The notes under the pieces were generated by a model. The model had not been told where the DNA came from. It did not search any database and worked only from the letters and a program-made list of their open reading frames with translations. This document shows, piece by piece, positions 58,475-61,464 of a DNA stretch of 61,464 nucleotides. The DNA is from a virus, in IMG/VR virus record IMGVR_UViG_3300031673_000040, positions 1-61,464 of that record. One strand, written 5' to 3'. Both the position numbers and the translations under genes were made by a program. Each line of letters opens with the position of its first letter. The first letter of the stretch is position 1.

Positions 58475-58989
58475 AGTTTGTACCTCAGTTGAAGACCTGC
58501 GAAGCCTGTTGCTTTAACTCCGTTGACGGTGGCAGTTGGAACAAGGATGAGATTTACGCCGAACTTATGCACGTCGAAGCGTACTTCCGCTCCTGCCATT
58601 GCAACGACAGGCGCAAGAAGGTAACCTGTCGCGACGTCCACAATTGGCCCTATAGAAATATGCTGTGCCTTGAACAGCATGTACGCATAAGACGCGTAAG
58701 CAGACACCCTTGAGACGCTGTTATTATAGAAGCCTACTTCGTAAACAGAACGCTCGTGTACGCGCTCGTAGCCTAGTCCGAGATTGTATTCATTGAGAGG
58801 CGGAGTCCCTGTGTTCCATGCGCAGATCTCAGAGCTACCCGCGAAAGTGCATACAGGCGTTGTGGGAGGCGAGCCTTTAACATCAGATCTATTCCAATGA
58901 TACGATGTTGTGTTCAGGACGATAAAGTCCGCTGCGTGGGCTGCCGGTACGGCGAGGAGCAATGTTACAGCAAGAAGGTAGTTTTTCAT
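58471..58989 (-). CDS. Exported beta-barrel-like (outer-membrane type) protein, 172 aa
   Basis: Signal peptide MKNYLLAVTLLLAVPAAHA-AD. Alternating hydrophobic strands (LGLGYE, YEVGFYN, AYASYAY, GFAGLQLRYKL). Confidence 0.6.
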   Translation of the reverse strand: MKNYLLAVTLLLAVPAAHAADFIVLNTTSYHWNRSDVKGSPPTTPVCTFAGSSEICAWNTGTPPLNEYNLGLGYERVHERSVYEVGFYNNSVSRVSAYASYAYMLFKAQHISIGPIVDVATGYLLAPVVAMAGAEVRFDVHKFGVNLILVPTATVNGVKATGFAGLQLRYKL

Positions 58990-58990
58990 G

Positions 58991-59245
58991 TTAGGAGTGA
59001 AACTCGAATTCTGCGCCCAGTTTCCTTTGGATGCAGCTAATTGTAACCCCGTTCCCGAGATGCGCCCAGCCGCAGATAAGCAGGAACTCAAGCCAGCCAT
59101 CTGCACGGCGTGGGTAGACCCAGATATGTGCTTTGTGTGCTTGTTGCTGGAAGACTGCTTTCTGTATTACTTGAGAAAGGAGCGATGTTGCATCACTGTC
59201 GCCGACTGCATATTCACGATTGTGAATTGTTATTTTCGTATCCAT
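58991..59245 (-). CDS. Hypothetical protein (84 aa)
   Basis: First ORF downstream of the operator/promoter element at 59290-59318. Confidence 0.45.
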   Translation of the reverse strand: MDTKITIHNREYAVGDSDATSLLSQVIQKAVFQQQAHKAHIWVYPRRADGWLEFLLICGWAHLGNGVTISCIQRKLGAEFEFHS

Positions 59246-59289
59246 TATAAGAACTCCTGTTTATATGCTGGCGGATAGCCAGTGATTAC

Positions 59290-59318
59290 AGTGTGCCACA
59301 TTGCATAAGGATATGCAA
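59290..59318 (-). promoter_or_regulatory. Second copy of the leftward promoter/operator element (palindrome TTGCATA-AGGA-TATGCAA at 59301-59318)
   Basis: Minus-strand reading: ttgcat atccttatgcaatgtgg cacact. Matches the 4356-4384 element at 22 of 24 positions. Confidence 0.45.
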
Positions 59319-59441
59319 GCATCTTATGTAAATAAATTGTATATCGCGTAACCAGCGACGAATGCAGCTCCAGCACAAAAGACGTAGAACAGAAACATCC
59401 CTGTGTTGTAGATGTCATCGTCGAACTGGTCGTCGGGATCT

Positions 59442-60161
59442 TTAGCCACTGATTGCCTCGCGGGTTTCGTTTGTTACTTGCTGGTTGAGAGTTATGCGCT
59501 CACCTGCGGCGCGGCCCTTTGCTGCAATGTCAGAGGCTCCTTTTGATACAATTTCTTGCTGTTTCGAGCTACCGAACTTCTCTGAAACAGCAGCTTTCTT
59601 TTGGTCTACCACGACCAATGCGGTCCCAGTCCCCGCCTGGAATGCCACGTTGCGTTCTTCACGGAGCACGAACATCCGCCTTTGCAAGCTGCCGGCTGCG
59701 GCTTTCCTGTACGTATCAACGTGAACGCCTACGTTGTCGCGCTTACGCTCTTTGTCTATTGCTTCCATGAGATAGCGCAACAACCAACTGGCGAGCATTA
59801 CGTCTTCACGCACACCACAGAACAGAACGCGCTGTACCTTCAGATTATCTGCGTAAGGTGCTCTTATCTGTACAATGTGAAATACAGTATCTGTGAAGGA
59901 TTCAATGCCGGCTGCGAGTAGATTGATCCAGATGGGAACTTTGACGCCGTGCTCCAGTTCCATGAGTTCGCGGTGGAAGTCATAGCCAATGTCTGCGGCT
60001 GTGTTTACGTCAGAGAGTTCGAGGCCGTGCTTGCGCATGAGGGCTTCCGCCTGCCGAAGGGCGGTTTCCGCTTCATTCTCATTACCACGTCCGTCTTGTC
60101 CCATTGCAAGCAGCTTACGGAGTTTCGTTACTACGTTATCATCAATATTCTTCATTGTCAT
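59442..60161 (-). CDS. DUF2786-domain protein (239 aa; start MTMKNIDD)
   Basis: VTKLRKLLAMGQDGRGNENEAETALRQAEALMRKHGL is the DUF2786 hallmark. Confidence 0.6.
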   Translation of the reverse strand: MTMKNIDDNVVTKLRKLLAMGQDGRGNENEAETALRQAEALMRKHGLELSDVNTAADIGYDFHRELMELEHGVKVPIWINLLAAGIESFTDTVFHIVQIRAPYADNLKVQRVLFCGVREDVMLASWLLRYLMEAIDKERKRDNVGVHVDTYRKAAAGSLQRRMFVLREERNVAFQAGTGTALVVVDQKKAAVSEKFGSSKQQEIVSKGASDIAAKGRAAGERITLNQQVTNETREAISG

Positions 60162-60397
60162 TCTCCCGATCTGTGAATTGATTAAAACCGGCGAGAAAGG
60201 TGACTGCTCGAACGAAAGCTGCATATACTGCGATGAATACAATAATCTTAAGTGCGGTTATCATGGCTAACTCCCGGAATATGCTGATTAGATAACCAGT
60301 GCATTCAGTATGGCACAATAAATAATCTTATGCAACTATCTTATCAATCATTTGTGCGTCTGTCAGTGCTTCATTTGCTGCCATAGTCATACTCCTT

Positions 60398-60703
60398 TCA
60401 CGGTTGTATGTTGCGTTCTGTATATCCTTGAGAGAACAATCTTTCTATCCTCTCCAAGCGCTTTATCTCTGCCTGAAGATGCTCAATACGCTCTACGTAG
60501 AATTTGCAGTCCTCAGCAGTTACAATCTCTAAGAGTTCGTGACTTTCAAACCCCTGTGAAAACTGAGGCACCCTTTCTTCTGTAAACTTCATTACTATCT
60601 GTACGCGAAGCTGCTCGTTCTCCTGCTTGGCTGCGGCGAGTTTTATCAGCAGTTCGTCATTTCGATGCTGCAATTCCTGCTCTCTATTCATGCTCATAGT
60701 CAT
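60398..60703 (-). CDS. Hypothetical coiled-coil protein (101 aa)
   Basis: Leu/Glu/Gln heptads. SD aaggag upstream. Confidence 0.5.
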   Translation of the reverse strand: MTMSMNREQELQHRNDELLIKLAAAKQENEQLRVQIVMKFTEERVPQFSQGFESHELLEIVTAEDCKFYVERIEHLQAEIKRLERIERLFSQGYTERNIQP

Positions 60704-60715
60704 ACTCCTTAAATT

Positions 60716-61159
60716 TCACAATACGCTCTCATCTCGTTTCTCCTTCAGTTCTTCTTCGGTTGGTCGGCGGCAGTATTTCCATTTGCTTGCTCCATAATAC
60801 TGATGAGTCCAAGTCCAAGAGGTTACGCCGTTATCGAAACACCAAGCTGCACCATCTATCTCTTTATAAAAATATCTTTTGCTCCACTTAGCACGATCAT
60901 CGCTAACCATCACCCTATCATCAGTCTTGAAGTCAGCGTAGGGTGATACTTCGATGAGGTCCCATACGGAGTTACCTTTGCTTACGGAGAAATACCCATC
61001 TTCTGTGAACTTCAAAACTTCCCCATTTTCAATCTCAATAGCTACAGGATAGTTACCAGTGCAATCAATTCCCAGCACTCTCCTGAAAGCTACACCATGA
61101 AACAGTCCATCCGGCGCACTGCTCTTGTACTGCTTTCCCATTTCTACTTTCTTATTCAT
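60716..61159 (-). CDS. Hypothetical protein (147 aa)
   Basis: Trp/Tyr-rich globular ORF. SD aaggaga upstream. Confidence 0.55.
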   Translation of the reverse strand: MNKKVEMGKQYKSSAPDGLFHGVAFRRVLGIDCTGNYPVAIEIENGEVLKFTEDGYFSVSKGNSVWDLIEVSPYADFKTDDRVMVSDDRAKWSKRYFYKEIDGAAWCFDNGVTSWTWTHQYYGASKWKYCRRPTEEELKEKRDESVL

Positions 61160-61331
61160 GGTTGTTCTCCTTACAATTAGTTAAGTAATACTTCCCTCGC
61201 CAATAGTGCATTGTTACTGTACAGCCAGAATCTTCAACAACTCGCTTAACGCCAAATAATCTAGCAAAAAGTATCGTCCACTGACTAGCTCGCATAGTTG
61301 CCAATGCTGCGATTACAGGACTATCATTCAT
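61152..61331 (-). CDS. Possible small ORF (59 aa; below the ORF-track cutoff)
   Basis: My translation: MNDSPVIAALATMRASQWTILFARLFGVKRVVEDSGCTVTMHYWRGKYYLTNCKENNHE. SD aaggag upstream. Its stop overlaps the next ATG. Confidence 0.4.
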   Translation of the reverse strand: MNDSPVIAALATMRASQWTILFARLFGVKRVVEDSGCTVTMHYWRGKYYLTNCKENNHE

Positions 61332-61346
61332 GGTTAGTCTCCTTGT

Positions 61347-61464
61347 TTGTTAGGTGAGGTTATGAACTACTGGCCTATGTTTGTTTAACATAGCAATGAT
61401 TTTATTCTCAACCCCTTCATCTAATTTAAATGCGTTACCGATGAAAAGACCGTCGTTTATTTTT
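61347..61464. repeat. Right copy of the 118-bp terminal direct repeat (identical to 1-118)
   Basis: Read directly. Confidence 0.9.

Noticed and set aside
1-61464. Search for integrase/recombinase, CI-like repressor, tRNA, rRNA, transposase or toxin/defence cassettes
   Set aside because: None was recognisable in any frame by motif inspection. The genome therefore looks virulent or non-integrative, but absence by eye is weak evidence.

Overview
This window is a complete, circularly closed genome of a tailed dsDNA phage. Its unique length is 61,346 bp, because bases 1-118 recur at 61347-61464. The tail genes are siphovirus-type and RcGTA-like. I found no integrase, tRNA, rRNA or CRISPR array.

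Two divergent transcription arms leave a ~2-kb ORF-free, repeat-dense control region (about 4316-6319).

The rightward arm (6320-48944) carries, in order:
- a monocistronic wHTH-like gene;
- terS, three tandem DUF6527-like ORFs, terL and portal;
- a lysis cassette inserted in the head module (DUF5675/YkuD-like enzyme, holin, Rz with embedded Rz1);
- scaffold, capsid and head-tail genes, major tail protein, and a tail chaperone with a -1 frameshift;
- tape measure, GTA-like distal tail proteins, an NlpC/P60 peptidase, host-specificity protein and fibre;
- a replication and nucleotide module: SNF2 helicase, SSB-like protein, primase-polymerase, UvrD-like helicase, ATP-dependent ligase, MazG, dNMP kinase, clamp-like protein, family A polymerase and VRR-NUC.

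The leftward arm runs from 4315 down through the window junction to 48967. It holds mostly small early genes, including peptide deformylase, an exported SleB-like hydrolase, ThyX, an ExoX-like exonuclease, DUF932, DUF2786 and an exported beta-barrel protein.

The most notable content is a full 7-deazaguanine (preQ1-type) DNA-modification gene set: queC, queD, folE, queF, a dpdA-like transglycosylase and queE. Three features of it look undescribed:
- a GHKL-type ATPase-like ORF translationally coupled between queF and dpdA;
- a phosphoribosyltransferase domain fused to GTP cyclohydrolase I;
- a QueC without the usual C-terminal cysteine cluster.

Several conserved intergenic elements recur: a CTAAACGCCGTAAACG box, TTGCATA-N4-TATGCAA palindromes, TCTGTTTT iterons and phased 11-bp repeats. 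All calls come from reading the sequence and ORF translations and recalling family motifs. No searches were run.
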